Of a stretch of 64,000 nucleotides of DNA, positions 1-17,052 are shown piece after piece. The translations under genes were made by a program, and so were the position numbers. The notes beneath the pieces were generated by a model that saw only the letters and a program-made list of their open reading frames with translations, ran no database searches and was not told the origin of the DNA. The stretch lies in the NCBI RefSeq assembly GCF_009914755.1, contig NC_060931.1, one strand, 5' to 3'. Each line of letters opens with the position of its first letter. The first letter of the stretch is position 1. Origin of the DNA: the human T2T-CHM13v2.0 reference genome, Homo sapiens.

Positions 1-56
1 TCAAGATTTTCTTTATTCATTCATCTGTTGATGGATGATTATGTTGCTTTCAAATT
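1..56 (-). mobile_element. L1 fragment (ORF2 end/3' region), cut by window edge
   Basis: TTTCTTTATTCATTCATCTGTTGATGGA matches the antisense L1 3' motif. Confidence 0.5.
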
Positions 57-66
57 TCTTTATTTA

Positions 67-480
<414 letters not shown>

Positions 481-1046
481 TTCTGCTCTCCCATCCAAAA
501 GCAATAACTAACCGAAATGGGTGTAGTGAGTATTTGGGCATTGCTGCAGTAACAGAAAGACCTTCAGTTTCTTGGCATCATTTCCTTCATTTATTGAGTT
601 ATGTTCCATGCTCTTTGCTGACCTGGACTCTACTTACTAAACATGGTCCTTCGCTAGAGAGATCGAGAAGAAGCCAAAAAGTCTTTGAGCTTCCAGGATT
701 TTCTCTGGAGACAGCTAACCTGGACTACCAGTAAGTGGCCAACACCAGCTGACACTAGCTGACGCTAGTTGGACTGACACCAACACAGACCTGTAAGAAT
801 GAAGAACCTCCTAATTAACGACGCTATAGCTTGGGAAGATAGGTACTTAAGATTGACAAGCCATTTTAGTCTTGGTTTCTGCAGGTGGTGTGGCCGAACA
901 TTCAGAATCAAAGCAATTTTCACTTCATTTCATCCAGAAGGTCTCTATGTTTTCTTATAAAGAGACTGTATTTTGCTCCTCTCTCTCCCCACAAAAAGAA
1001 ATCTGGTCAAAACTAAGCACATTCCCTTCGTTTATGTGTTGGCTGC

Positions 1047-1231
1047 CGTGGTTCATAAACTTTAGTAGGTTTCAGAATCACATGGAGAGCTTGTTGAAAC
1101 ATGAAATGCTGGCACGATCCTCAGAATTTCTGATTCCTTAGGTCTTGGCGGGGCTTGAGATTTTGCCTTTCTAAACTGTTCCCAGTTCATGTTGATACTG
1201 TTAGTCCTGGATAATACTTTGAGAACCTCTA
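1047..1231 (-). mobile_element. MER5A (hAT-Charlie MITE)
   Basis: GTGGTTC..AAACTT...CAGAATCAC.TGGAG.GCTTGTT...CTTTGAGAACC termini and core. Confidence 0.85.
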
Positions 1232-1579
1232 TGTGGCCGCGGCCTCTATCAGAGCATAACCGGGCCGTGGCTGAGATACATCTGTCTTATCTGTCAAGAA
1301 TGACTCATTTAAGCACTTCACTGCGCTGCATGTCCTTTGATTAGGTGGCCAAGGGGGTGGCTAAAGCTGAATTTACAAGGCAAGGAGCCCTGAAATTCTT
1401 CTTTGAAAGATCTCGCAAATGATCTATTTATTTTTCATGGGATGATTTTCCAGATCTTTGGTTTGCTTTCCTGTTTGGCTTGTGTTAGAACACTACTGTT
1501 CCTAAAGTTGTAATTTTTGTAACCCATTGGCATATGTAAGTGGTTTACACAGGTTCTTGTGGATTAGGATTTCTAACCG

Positions 1580-1998
1580 TCCATCATCTGTCTGTCCACT
1601 GGCCCACTCACCTACTCATCCATTCATCCATCTGTTTACCCTTACCCTCTCTGTCCCACTCATCCATCCACACACACATCCATCCACTAACCCCATCCAT
1701 TCATCCATCCATCCATCCATCCATCCATCCATCCATCCATCCATCCTGCCTACCCTTCTGCTCATTAATCCATTCATCTGCTCACCTGATCCACCCGCCC
1801 ACCCACTCACCCCATCCACCGACCCACCCATCCATCTGTCCATCCTTCCACCCATCCATCCATCCATCCATCCATCCATCCATCCATGTATGTGTCCACC
1901 CACCCACCCATGCACTTATCCATTAGCTCACTCCATCCATCCATCCACCCACTCATCTATCCATATGTATATTCATCCATCATCCATCCATCCATCCA
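1580..1998. repeat. Degenerate (CCAT)n/(CCAC)n microsatellite
   Basis: Direct reading; source of the spurious HPSI-repeat ORFs. Confidence 0.95.
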
Positions 1999-2075
1999 AC
2001 ATAACACACTTGTAGACTATAGAGATATAAAGAAAAATAAGACCATGTCGCCATCCTCAAGGGGTTTATGGTACT
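1985..2075 (-). mobile_element. L2 3' end remnant
   Basis: CATCCAACA...ATAAGACCATGTC.CCATCCTCAAGGGGTTTA resembles the antisense L2 tail. Confidence 0.45.
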
Positions 2076-3801
2076 GTAATAGAACCTCCTCTTTTTTGTC
2101 TTCCTTACAGAAAAGTGTGCATTTCTTGCTTTCTAGTGAGTTGAGATAATAGTTAAATCCATTAGATTAATATTGACCTTTCTTGTAAACACACATCTCC
2201 TCAGAAAATGTTTTGAGAAATCTGCTGACTTCTTGAAGTAAAGGCACAAATGTCTTTAACCCAGTAAGTACCTTTTGTTGAAAATCAATTCCTTCCAAGG
2301 AAGCTTTTCATAGCCTCTTGGTGGTGATGACAAGAAGGTTTCCTCTGAATAAGTATGGTATGTTTTAGAAAGTTCTGCCACGTTATCATGTTGGCTTGAA
2401 AGCCCCATGTCTTTATCAGTAAGTCTGGCCCGTGGCTTCGTGCAAGATGTTTGTAGATGGTGTGTTTGTATTGATGGAGCATCTGCTCTGGGTCAGCCTG
2501 CACTGCATGCTCAACCATTAGAGAGCACCCATGTAAATAATTCTAGACCACCTTCCTTGGGATCCTTTGACCAGACACATTTTGGCATTTACTACTAGGT
2601 GCAGTAATAATCCAGGTGACTGCATGTCCACTGGTGTAAATGGTTTTAATGGTTCCTAGAGGCTGGATTTTAAGTGTTAAAATCACTCTCTGTGTCCCTT
2701 CATCCTGCAAAAGTGTTCAAAAACTTGAGTTATAAACTTTTCTTAAAATACCTGAATTATTTTCATCTCTCCTTATCCTAGTTCCATCTTTATTTAAACA
2801 CATGGAGCTTTTTGCGTGGTTATAGTCATTATGGATATTCAGTTTTTTTCTGCTTTTCTCACATTACATTATTTAGTAAATATTCTTTCCTGCTCCTACA
2901 TAGCTATGATAACTCTATAATAGTGCACAGTTTAATGTACCTTTATTGCTTTTCCATTTTCTATCACTTAGTTATTAGGTCGTTTCTATTTTTTTAAAAA
3001 TAATGAATGTTTCTATACCTAGCATCTAGACTCAGAAAACAAAACAAAACTCAACTCTTTTTTCCTTCTTTAAAATAATTACTTACGTACATTTATATGA
3101 TGTTATTTATATGTATTATTATTCTGATTATATTTTTAAACACTCTTGATATAGTTAGTCAGACTTTCTTCCCAAAGAATTCAGGCAATTCAGTTATCTC
3201 TCTGCCAAAATTGGGCTTAATGGTTTTTCTTTGTTTTTCTAATTTTAATTTTAAAGAGTGTGCCCACTGTTTTGATTTGCATTTCTTTAATTACTGACAT
3301 CATTAAATCCATTTTCAGTAATTGGCTTATTAAAGGAGTTCTGTTTATGTGTTCGTGTATGTGCAGGAAACTGGTACCATATTTTTTCTTTGTATGGGGG
3401 TGTGTGTGTTTATTTTTATATATATATATATAATTTGTGTGTGCATGCGTGTATGGCTTAATACTATACATGTGTGGATTTTCCAGTCATATTGGCTTTC
3501 TTTTCATGTGTTTTTTTCTGGCCTCATAATACTGATGCCTGCTGAGAACTCAGATATTTATTGAGTGAATGAATGTTTATCTTTGCTCTGATTCTCTTCT
3601 GTTATACACATTCAAAACTCTTACACGGGAGGACAATGTTGTTTGTTTTATTCCAGGTTTTCTTATTTGATTTGTGATATTTAGCTTATTTTTTGGCCAC
3701 AAAATTTAGATTGGATACGGATCTAAGTTTGTTTTTCTCCATTTTTTTTGGTTTGATTTCTGTCCTAATGCATGAAATTATACTTTATTTTACTTTGCCA
3801 G

Positions 3802-4171
<370 letters not shown>

Positions 4172-5737
4172 TGATCTGTGACTTGGTTTTAAGGTATTTT
4201 TTACTCCTTATGACATGTTTGTTTCAAACATATTATAATGTTCAATGAAGAAAATCCTCTTTTATTCATTCCTTTCCCCCAAATAGTATTTTTTTCTCTC
4301 GTTTTTTTCTGTTTTAAATTGCATTTTACATAAAACAATATAAATAAGCAATGAAAAGTTTTCCAGGGCAAAAGGAGCATAAAGTGCAGACCTTTATTCT
4401 GTAGCTTCAGTGAAGTATAATTAGATAAATTTTAATTAAATTAAAATAATTCATCACACAGACAATATTATAACAGGAGTAGAGAAAAGAAAGTGAAACT
4501 TTCACCCACAGTCATCCATAACAGTTTTTTCAAGTGTACACATTTCTGTTTAAAGGTATGTGAAGTCTGCATTGTTTTAATTCTAGCTTAGCTTTAGTTG
4601 CATATTTGCAATTTTTCATTTAACTTTATGTCACAAAGATTTTTTCCATATTAGTATTTTTCTTTTTTAAAATGTAGTTGAATCAAACATTTAATTAAGT
4701 AATGATTGTATATCTTTATTAGGTACACTGTAATGTTTTAATATCTATATACATGATGGAACAATTAAATCCATCTAATTAACATGTCCATCATTGCACA
4801 TACTTATCTATGGTGAGAACATTTAAAACCTACTCTCTTAGCAATTTTCAAATATGTGATACTTTATTAATAACTGTAGTCACCGTGCTGTGATATTTCC
4901 AAAACTTATCCCTCCCGTCAAACCGAACCTTTGTAACAAAACCCCACGGCCACTGCCACCAGCCTTTGGTAAACACCATTCTATTCTCTGCTTCTATAAG
5001 TTTGACTTTTTTAGATTCCACATATAAGTGAGATTACGCAGTATTTGACTTTCTGTACCTACTGTTTTCACTTAGATTAATGTCCTCCAGGTTCATTCAC
5101 GTTGTTGCAAATGACAGGATTTCCTTCTTTATAAAGGCTGAATAGTGGGTATATGTATACACACGTGCACACACACACACACATACATACACACACACAC
5201 CATTTTCTTTATCCATCATCCATTGATGGACACTTAGGTTGATTCTGTGTCTTGGCTATTGTGAGTAGGGCTGCAATGAACATGAGAGTGCTGATATCTT
5301 TTCAACATACTAAGTTCAGTTCCAATGGATATGTACCCAGACGTGGGATTGCTGGATCATATGGTGGTTCCATTTTTAATTTTTTGAGGAGCCTCCATAC
5401 TGTTTTCCATAGTGGCTGTATTAATTTTCCATTTCCACCAACAGCATACCAGGGTTCCTTTTTCTCCACATCCAACACTTATCTTTCGTCTTTTTGAAAA
5501 CAGCCATTCTAATGGATGTGAGGTAAAATCTCATTGTGTTTTCAATTTGCATTTCCCTGATGATTAATGTTATTGGACATTTTTTAATATACTTGTTGGC
5601 CATTTGTATCTCTTCTTTTGAGAAATATCTATTCAGATTCTTTGTCCATTTTTAAAATTAGGTCATTTATTTCTTTGCTCTTGAGCTGTTCAAGTTCCTT
5701 ATAAATTTTGGATATTAACCCCTTGTCAGGGGCATGG

Positions 5738-5995
5738 TGTATTAGGCTGTTCACACATGGCTATAAAGAAATACCTGAGACTGGGTAATTTTTAATAAAA
5801 GAGATTTAATTGGCTCATGGTTCTGCAGGCTTTGCAGGAAGTATAGTGCTGGCATCTGCTCAGATTCGAGGGAGGCCTCAGGAAGCTTTATAATCATGGC
5901 AGAAGGCGAAGGGGGAGCTGGCACGTCACATGGCAGAAGGAGGAGCAAATGAGAGAGTGGGTCAGGAGGTACCACACACTTTTAAGTGACAAATA
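5738..5995 (-). mobile_element. MSTB-like MaLR LTR, partial
   Basis: TGTATTAGGC...GCTATAAAGAAATACCTGAGACTGGGTAAT...GGAGGCCTCAGGAAGC; the other half is absent. Confidence 0.85.
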
Positions 5996-6687
5996 TCCAG
6001 ACTGTGTCATATTTTTCAAATTATTTTCTCCCCGTCCATGGGTTGTCTCTTCACTCTGTTGATTGTTTACTTTGCTGTACAGAAGCCTTTTAGTTTGATG
6101 CAGTCTCATTTGTTGATTTTTGCTTTTGTTGTCTGTGCTTTTGGATTCATATTCAAAAAAGTCATTGTCCAGACCAATGTCATGTTTTGTTCTAGTAGTT
6201 TAAAAGTTCCAGGTATTCTGTTCAAGTGTTTAATCCATTTTGAGTTGATTTTAGTATATGATGTGAGAAAAGGATCCGACTTCATTCTGCTTGTGGATAT
6301 CCAGTTTTCTCAACACCATTTATTAGAGACTGTCCCTTATTCATTGTGTGTTCTTGGCACCTCTGTTGTAAATGCATTGACTGTTAATGTGTGTGTTTAT
6401 TACTGAGCTCTCTGTTCTGTTCCACTGGTTGATGTCTGTTTTTATGCCAGTACCATGCTGTTTTGATTACTATATCTTTGTACTATATTTTGAAATCAGG
6501 TAGTGTGATGCCTCCAGCTTTGTTTTGTTTGCACGAGATTGTTTGGATATTTGAGTCTTTAGTGCTTCTATGCAAGTTTTAGGATCAATTTTTCTTTTAT
6601 TTTTGTAAAAATGTCATTGGAATTTGATAGGGATTGCATTGAATCTGTAGATTGCTTTGGGTGGTATGGACACTTTAACAATATTAA

Positions 6688-7626
<939 letters not shown>

Positions 7627-7632
7627 ACTTTT

Positions 7633-7822
7633 TACTTTTTTCAAGAGACAGGTCTCAGTGCAGTAATGCTCATTGCAGCCTCGAACTCCTGGGCTCAAGC
7701 CATCCTTCCATCACAGCCACTCTAGTAGCTGGGAGTACAGGCACGCTCCACCACACGCTTGACTAATTTTTAAATTTTGTGTAGAGATGGGGTCTTGTTA
7801 TGTTGCCTAGGCTGGTTTTGAA
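7633..7822 (-). mobile_element. AluJ fragment
   Basis: GCAGCCTCGAACTCCTGGGCTCAAG; internal deletions, truncated. Confidence 0.85.
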
Positions 7823-8214
7823 TTTTTTTGATGCTACTGTAAATGAGATTGTTTTCTTGATTACTTTTTCAGAGAATTCATTGTTAGTGTATAGAAATGC
7901 TGAATTCAGTAGAGTTTCAGGATATTATTGCATCAAAACACAGGATTTCTGCATATTATTATGATTTAAGTGATTATTGTTTTACATGACTCTTTCATTG
8001 AGTTAGGATTTAATAATTCTCCTAAGCAGTTCCTTTGATTAAATAAGTAGGTTATTTCTAACAATTTGCTATGATAGATTATACAGTAACAAACTTTGCA
8101 GTGCAGATGGCTGCTTTTTGTTGAGAATGATTTCTTTTTGATATGACACTGAGCCACTGCATGTAGTCATATGGGTATTTATACAAATTACCAAATTGCT
8201 TTGCCAGCTAGAGA

Positions 8215-8367
8215 ATATATATATATATATATTTGACATGTCTCTTTGTCAAATATATGAGGTGTGTGTGTTCATGTGTGTGTATACATATGAGGTGTGT
8301 GTTTGTGTGTGTATATATATATGAATATATATATAAAATATATATATTTATATATAAACACACACAC
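8215..8367. repeat. (TA)n/(TG)n compound microsatellite
   Basis: Direct reading. Confidence 0.9.
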
Positions 8368-8998
8368 CAAGTGGTTATCTTGTGCTCATGAATTTGTACT
8401 CATAAATTCAGCTCTGTGTGTGCAGTCTGCTCAGCAGCACCTGGGCAGGGCACTTAACCCGGTCTAGATCTCCCACCTTCCCCAGTCCATGGACCCTTTC
8501 TGACAGCAGTGGTGATGAATTGACCATGTGAGCCACGAGAACAGAATAGTGTCATGATTCATGATCTCCCCTGACTTGGCCAGAGGCAGCGGGAGAAGCA
8601 GCAGTGCTCAGAGCTCTCTTGAGAGTGGAGGCCTGTGTTCATCATTTTGTAAATAAGTCACATGCTACCCCGTTGTAATACTACTTTTTAAGATAAAAAC
8701 CCACTTCCCAAATTGCTTTCCAGAGATTTCCTCAAGGTAGTGATGATCCTAATTATTAATTACTTGATTTGCAGGCTTTTCCCAATATGATTATATTTCT
8801 GTAAGGTGTAGGGGAAGTTTTATTGTCAGGGCGACCAAGACGGTGGGTTTCTAGTGCAGTTTTGATGAAGACCTCTACTTGATCAGGGTCTCATATTTCT
8901 GCGGCTAAAGGAATGCAGACCATATCTGGATTCTCCTGTTTTCTCTGTCTTGCACTGTCTGCACGAGGTACCCCTTTTCTAGTCAAGACTGATCAGTA

Positions 8999-9400
<402 letters not shown>

Positions 9401-10097
9401 TTAAGTAAGCCACGTATGTTTATATTTTAATGTGCTCTCAATGGCCTTCTCATCTTTGACTTGTAAGTTTAAACCATGTCCCTTCGTTGTCCTACCTTAT
9501 CTTTGGTTTTATTTTATTTTGGATGTTATTTATTATTATTGCATTACCACCCACTTCTCTCCTTTCTGCCCCCATGTCCTTATCTTCTGTTATGTGGAGC
9601 TGGATAATTTAGTTTAGCTTTGTCTTTTATAGTGATGTGGGAGGAAGATACCGTATTTCATTCTTCTTCTGCTATGCAGTACCAGCTAAAATGACTTAAT
9701 CAGCAAAGTGGAGGGTAAGGATGATAGATGCTGGCTCGGGTGGGTTGGGGTAGGGAGGTAGGGTACACGTCATGCCACGTGGACTGCCTGAGCAAGGGCT
9801 TCTGGAGGCAAAACACAACATTCCACCATGGGTAAGTGTCACTCGCACCTGGAATTTGGGAGGGCATAGTGAGAAATGAGCTGACACCCACTCACTGGTC
9901 CTTGGGAGCCTTGTGTGCCCATTTATGAGTGTAGACTTGATCTTGAAGACACCTGGAGCTCAAACACGAGCATCTGTCTGAAATGGAGTTCGTTGAAGGT
10001 GGTTTTGTGGGCATTATATTTGTTTTGGGATTTGTCATGGGTACAACATTTAGAGCCACTGATGTATACAAGCAATGAGGTGGACATGTGCCTGTAA

Positions 10098-10411
10098 TTT
10101 TTTTTCTTTTTTCTTTTTTCTTTTTTTGAGACAGGGTCTTGCTCTGTTGCCCAGGCTGGAGTGCAGTGGCACGATCATGGCTCACTGCAACCTTGACCCC
10201 CCTGGGCGCAAGTGATCCTCCCACCTCGGCCTCCCAAGTAGCTGGGGCTACAGTCATGCCACAACCATGACTGGCTGATTTTTGTATTTTTTGAAGAGAT
10301 GGGTTTTCTTCATGTTGCCTAGGCTGGTCTTGAACTTCTGGACTTAAGCGATCTGCCTGGCTTGGCCTTCCAAATTGCTGGGATTACAGTCATGAGCCAG
10401 CACGCCTGGCC
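10098..10411 (-). mobile_element. AluJ
   Basis: GAGACAGGGTCTTGCTCTG and J-type arms. Confidence 0.93.
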
Positions 10412-10624
10412 CATTGCTATAATTTGGAATTAAATGTGGTGTTTCTCAAAACACAACAGATGCCTGCTCCCACAGGGAGATTGATAAAAGGGAGAAGGAG
10501 CCTCCCATTCACAGATTACTGTAACCAAAAGTCTCAGCCAGACCTACTCAGTGCAGACAAATACCCTCCCAGAAACATTTATGGCATAGCCTTTATATTG
10601 TATTTGTTTTAATTTAATAAATGC

Positions 10625-10926
<302 letters not shown>

Positions 10927-11115
10927 ACGAGTGCTTCTAAAATCATATAATGTATTAATATTTTAATTTTTTTCTTATAAGATGTTTCTGTATTTTTATG
11001 ATATGATATGGGCTTCCAGGAATGGAATCTCCACTTACAACATTACACTCGGAGGAAACAAAGAATTGATTTATAATTACTTGATTTGCTACCTTTATCC
11101 AGTAATTGATTAGGT

Positions 11116-11447
11116 TAGGGGTTGGCAGACTTCTCCTGAAACAGGCTGGAGAGTAAGTATTTTCAGCTCTGTGGGCCATATGGTCTCTGTCATAACTACG
11201 CAACTGTGCCACTGCAGCGTGAAAGCAGGCATAGACACCTCATAAACAAATGAGTGTGGCTGTGTTCCAACCAAACTTTATTTTTGGAGAGTAACATTTG
11301 AATTTTATGTAATTTCCATGTGTTGCAAAATATCATTCTTCTCTGAATGTTTTTCAATCCTTTACAAATGCAAAACCATTCTTCACTTGAGGGCCTTTCA
11401 AAAACAAGGCAGTGGGCAAGATTTGGACCACGGTTTAGCAGTCTCTT
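11116..11447 (+). mobile_element. MER58B (hAT-Charlie)
   Basis: GGGGTTGGCAGACTT...GGGCCATATGGTCTCTGTC...GTGGCTGTGTTCCAA..AAACTTTATT. Confidence 0.88.
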
Positions 11448-11665
11448 CCTCAGGTCACAATTTAGGGTTGTAGAGCTGTGATTTACTTAGCAAATTCTAT
11501 GTGCTGGGTACTGGGCTTTATCTTTTCATATATAGGCTCACATAATCTTCACAAAAACTCTTAATTATGTATTTATTTGTTTATCTACAAGGGGGAACTG
11601 GGGCTTCTTGAAGTTAACTCACTTGCCCAAGGTTATATTTTAGTTATGTAATAGTGGTGGCATGA

Positions 11666-12514
<849 letters not shown>

Positions 12515-12849
12515 TTGCCCAAGTTGGTTTTGGACTCCTGAGCTCAGGTGATTCTCCTGCCTCGGCCTCCCAAAGTGCCAGGATTACAGGCATGAGTCAC
12601 CACTCCTGGCCGAGTGACAATTTGAACTGAAGTCTGCCTGAGTTTAATTTTAACTATAAAGGCCCTGTTCTTGTGGAGTTTGCAGAGTTGTGGTGAAGAG
12701 AGTGGGTAATAAAGCAGTTTTGCAATTGTTAGTAGAATATTATAATTTAACTAATAAGTAACTCTCTTAGATACACCATATTGGTAAAGCCTAGAATGAG
12801 GTTGGCTTTTGGATTGTTCATCACTTTTAGTGACAGTGCAGTGGACAGG

Positions 12850-13058
12850 AGAGGTTGTTTGGGTTTGAATCTCACTCCACCCCATGGAAGTTCAGTGACC
12901 TTCAAGTTATTTGTCCTCCCTATGCCTCACTTTCCTCATGTGTGAAGTAGAAGCAGAAAGAGCGTTTGCTTAGGAGCATTGTTACCAAGATTATATGAGA
13001 TGGGAGACTGCAGGTGATGGACATGTAGTACATTGTCAACAGACATGAGCTCTTATTG
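12850..13058 (+). mobile_element. MIR
   Basis: GGGTTTGAATCTCACTCC...GTGACCTT...TGCCTCACTTTCCTCATGTGTGAA. Confidence 0.7.
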
Positions 13059-13302
13059 TCGCTATTTTTTAAGAGTCAAATAAACCCCACTGGCTATATT
13101 TAAGACTCACAGTGCTGCTAAATTTTTTTCTCCCCTGCTCTGTATTTCCAAAAATATTTTTGGAAAAAAGATTCAGTCTTATCAATTACATTGTTCAGAT
13201 CAATGTCTTTGCTTTTTACTAAACCATATTACTAAATTCTAGTGACCTGATTTTATGGTATACCACCACAACAGAGATTCTATCAAGTTCTCTTTATCTT
13301 GG

Positions 13303-15584
13303 TGATATGGTTTGGCTGTGTCCCCATCCAAATCTCAACTTGAATTGTAGCTCCCAGAATTTCCACGTTTTGTGGGAGGGACCCAGGGGGAGGTAGTTGA
13401 ATCATGGGGGCTGGTTTTTCCCATGCTGTTCTCATGATAGTGAATAAGTCTCACGAGATCTGATGGGTTTATCAGGGGTTTCCGCTTTTGCTTCTTCGTC
13501 GTTTTTCTCTTCCTGCTGCCATGTAAGATGCGGCATGTGCCTTTTACCTCCCCACGTGATTCTGAGGCTTCCCCAGCCATGTGGAACTGTAAGTCCAGTT
13601 AAACCTCATTTTCTTCCTAGTCTTGGGTATGTCTTTATCAGCAGCATGAAAACAGACGAATACAGTTAATTGGTACTAGCAGAGTGGGGTGTTGCTGAAA
13701 AGATACCCAAAAATGTGGAAGCAGCTTTGGAATTGGGTAACAGGGAGAGATTGGAACAGTTTGGAGGGCTCAGAAGAAGATAGGAAAATGTGGGAAAGTT
13801 TGGAACTTCCTAGAGACTTGTTGAATGGCCTTGCCCAAAATGCTGATAGCTATATGGACAATAAGGTCCAGGCTGAGGTGGTCTCAGATGGAGATGAGGA
13901 ACTTGGGAACTGGAGTAAAGGTGATTCTTGTTATGTTTTAGCTAAGAGACTGGCAACATTTTGCCCCTGCCCTCAAGATATGTGGAACTTTGAACTTGAG
14001 AAAGATGATTTACAGTATCTGGCGGAAGAAATTTCTAAGCAGCAAAGCATTCAAGACATGACTTGGGTACTGTGAGTTTTATAAGGGAAACAGAGCATAA
14101 AAGTTTGGAAAATTTGCAGCCTATGTGATAGAAAAGAAAAAAACCATTTTCTGGGGAGAAATTCAAGGCAGCTGCAGAAATTTGCATAAGTAGCAAGGAG
14201 CCTAATGTTAATCCCCAAGACCATGGGGAAAATGTCTCCAGGCCATGTCAGAGACCTTCACAGCAGCCCCTCCCATCACAGGCCCAGAAGCCCAGGAGGA
14301 AAAAGTGGTTTTGTGGGCCTGGCCCAGGGTCCCTGTGCTGTGTGCAGCCTGGGGACCTGGTGCCCTGCATCCCAGCCACTCCAGCCTTGGCTGAAAGGGG
14401 CCAACATACAGCTCAGGCTGTGGCTTTGGAAGGTGGAAGCCCCAAGCCTTGGCAGCTTCCACATGTTGTTGAACCTGAGGGTGCACAGAAGTCAAGAATT
14501 GAGGTTTGGGAACCCCCACCTAGATTTTAAAAGATGTATGGAAAAACCTGGATGCCCAGGCAAAAGTTTGCTGCAGGGGTGGGGCCCTCATGGAGAACCT
14601 CTGCTAAGGCAGTGCAGAAGGGAAATGTGGGGTTGGAGCCCCCACACAGAGTCCCTACTGGGGCACTGCCTAGTGGAGCTCTGAGAAGAGGGCCACCGTC
14701 CACCAGACTCCAGAATGGTAGATCCACTGACAGCTTGCACCGTGCACCTGGAAGAGCCACAGACACTCAACGCTAGCTTGTGAAAGCAGCCAGGAGGGGG
14801 GGCTATACCCTACAAAGCCACAGGGTTGGAGCTTCCCAAGACCATGGGAACCCACCTCTTGGCATCAGTGTGACCTGGATGTGAGACCTGGAGTCAAAGG
14901 AGAGAGATCATTTGGAGCTTTAAAATTGGACTGCCCTGCTCGATTTCAGACTTGCATGGGCCCTGTGACCCCTTTGTTTTGGCCAATTTCTCCCATTTGG
15001 AACAGCTCTATTTACCCAATACCTGTACCCCCATTGTATCTAGGAAGTAACTAGCTTGCTTTTGATTTTATAGGCTCATAGGAGGAAGGGACTTGCCTTG
15101 TCTCAGATGAGACTTTGGACTGTGGACTTTTAGGTTAATGCTGAAATGAATTAAGACTTTGGGGGACTGTTGGGAAGGCATGATTGGTTTTGAAATGTGA
15201 GGACATGAGATTTGGAGGGACCAGGGGCAGAATGATATGGTTTGGCTGTGTCCCCACCAAAATCTCAACTTGAGTTGTATCTCCCAGAATTCCCACCTGT
15301 TGTAGGAGGTACCCAGGAGGAAGTAATTGAATCATGGGGGCCAGTCTTTCCTGTGCTATTCTCATGATAGTGAATATCTCACGAGATCTTACGGTTTTAT
15401 CAGGGGTTTCTGCTTTTGCTTCTTCCTCATTTTTCTCTTGCTGCCACCATGTAAGAAGTGGCTTTTGCCTTCTGCCATGATTCTGAGGCCTCCCCAGCCA
15501 TGTGGAACTGTAAGTCCAATTAAACCTCTTTTGCTTCCTAGTCCCAGTGTGTCTTTATCAGCAGCGTGAAAACAGACTAATACA
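13303..15584 (+). mobile_element. Full-length THE1A (ERVL-MaLR): 5' LTR 13303-13664, internal 13665-15232, 3' LTR 15233-15584
   Basis: TG...CA LTRs starting TGATATGGTTTGGCTGTGTCCCC; perfect TSD CTTGG (13298-302, 15585-589); internal ORF remnant WNSLEGSEEDRKMWESLELPRDLL. Confidence 0.96.
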
Positions 15585-16746
15585 CTTGGCAATTGGTATT
15601 TATTTATATGTTTCATAGATGTTTATGGTTTTATAAATATAGTGTTCTCTGGTTTGCAATTTTCGGTGTGCCTTTGACATTTTATGTTAACTATATATCC
15701 ATTTCTTAAGTGAATTTTGATTCATTTACTCAGTAACCCAGCCGTTTTTACTTTTATTTCTTTTTAGAAATCTGTATACATCCCTGAGAATACTTTTCAT
15801 CCATGTGTAACAGATTTCACTTAACTAATCCAGTCAGGAACTCCTTTTTCTCCCTCATGGGATGATAATTAAATTCTTTTATATTGGGTGTTATATTTGG
15901 ATCATCTCCTGTCATCCTAATTTTTATTTTCATTTTAATCATTCTTTTGACATCTCTTTCCAATTATAACTGCAAAATCCTGGCCATTCCTCAATGCCTT
16001 ATGCTTTCTTTTTTGTCCCCCTTATTGATTACATTCTTCTGGTAACCAGCCTGTTCCTACCATAGTATTACTGAACCAAATTGCTCAGCAAACTCTCATC
16101 TCTCTATACATCTGTTTAAACTTTTAACTACTTACGTCAGTCCAGCAATTTGGATCCTCTTCGTGGAAAAACAGTTGTTACTCTTTCCTTCTTAATAGTT
16201 CTGTCTTTGATACCAAATGTTATATGGCCCTCCTTGATCTGTGGTGGTATTGCTTCTTATTTTTCACAATAAAGTGGCCCTTCCCATGAGTGCCCTTGGT
16301 TTATCTCTTGGAATTGGCATTTAAACTCAGTTGCTGTTGGAAGTAATTCCAGAAGTGAAATTTGTCAGTGAGAGGTGTGCACTATGAATAGTTCCTTCAG
16401 GTGCTGGACGCACTTAGGTCCTTCTGTTGCAGGTGCTGTTAAATAACAGCTTTTCTGGACGAAGAGTACCTTGAAGTCTCTCTGCTTTTATTTCTGGGGT
16501 TTGTGTATGTCACTAAAGTCTCAGATGAGAGTTCTGAGAAAAGGCTTGTTTGTTACGTTTCTTTAAAGGTGACCTAGTATCTCTTTTTCCTTGCATTAAG
16601 AAGGCATTTCCCAAGAGAGGGATTGATATCTTTCTCTTTGACAGTTCTGGAAGAATGTCATGAGCCCCTTTCATCTCCAAACTGGATTTTAAAACAATGT
16701 GGAAAAACTGCTTCCTCCCAGGGCACATTTTTCTGTTACTTCTTGA

Positions 16747-17052
<306 letters not shown>

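Noticed and set aside
1346-1363. CTCF-like TGGCCAAGGGGGTGGCTA
   Set aside because: The spacing does not fit the CCASYAGRKGGC core; several key positions mismatch.
1527-2015. His/Pro/Ser-rich ORFs, and the Cys/Val/Tyr-rich ORFs at 18530-19011
   Set aside because: Translations of microsatellites.
8512-8574. Possible C/D-box snoRNA (GTGATGA...CTGA)
   Set aside because: No convincing terminal stem or rRNA-complementary guide; such box pairs are expected by chance in 64 kb.
13689-14075. 128-aa ORF as a host gene
   Set aside because: It is the decayed THE1-internal ORF, with a non-ATG start and downstream frameshifts.
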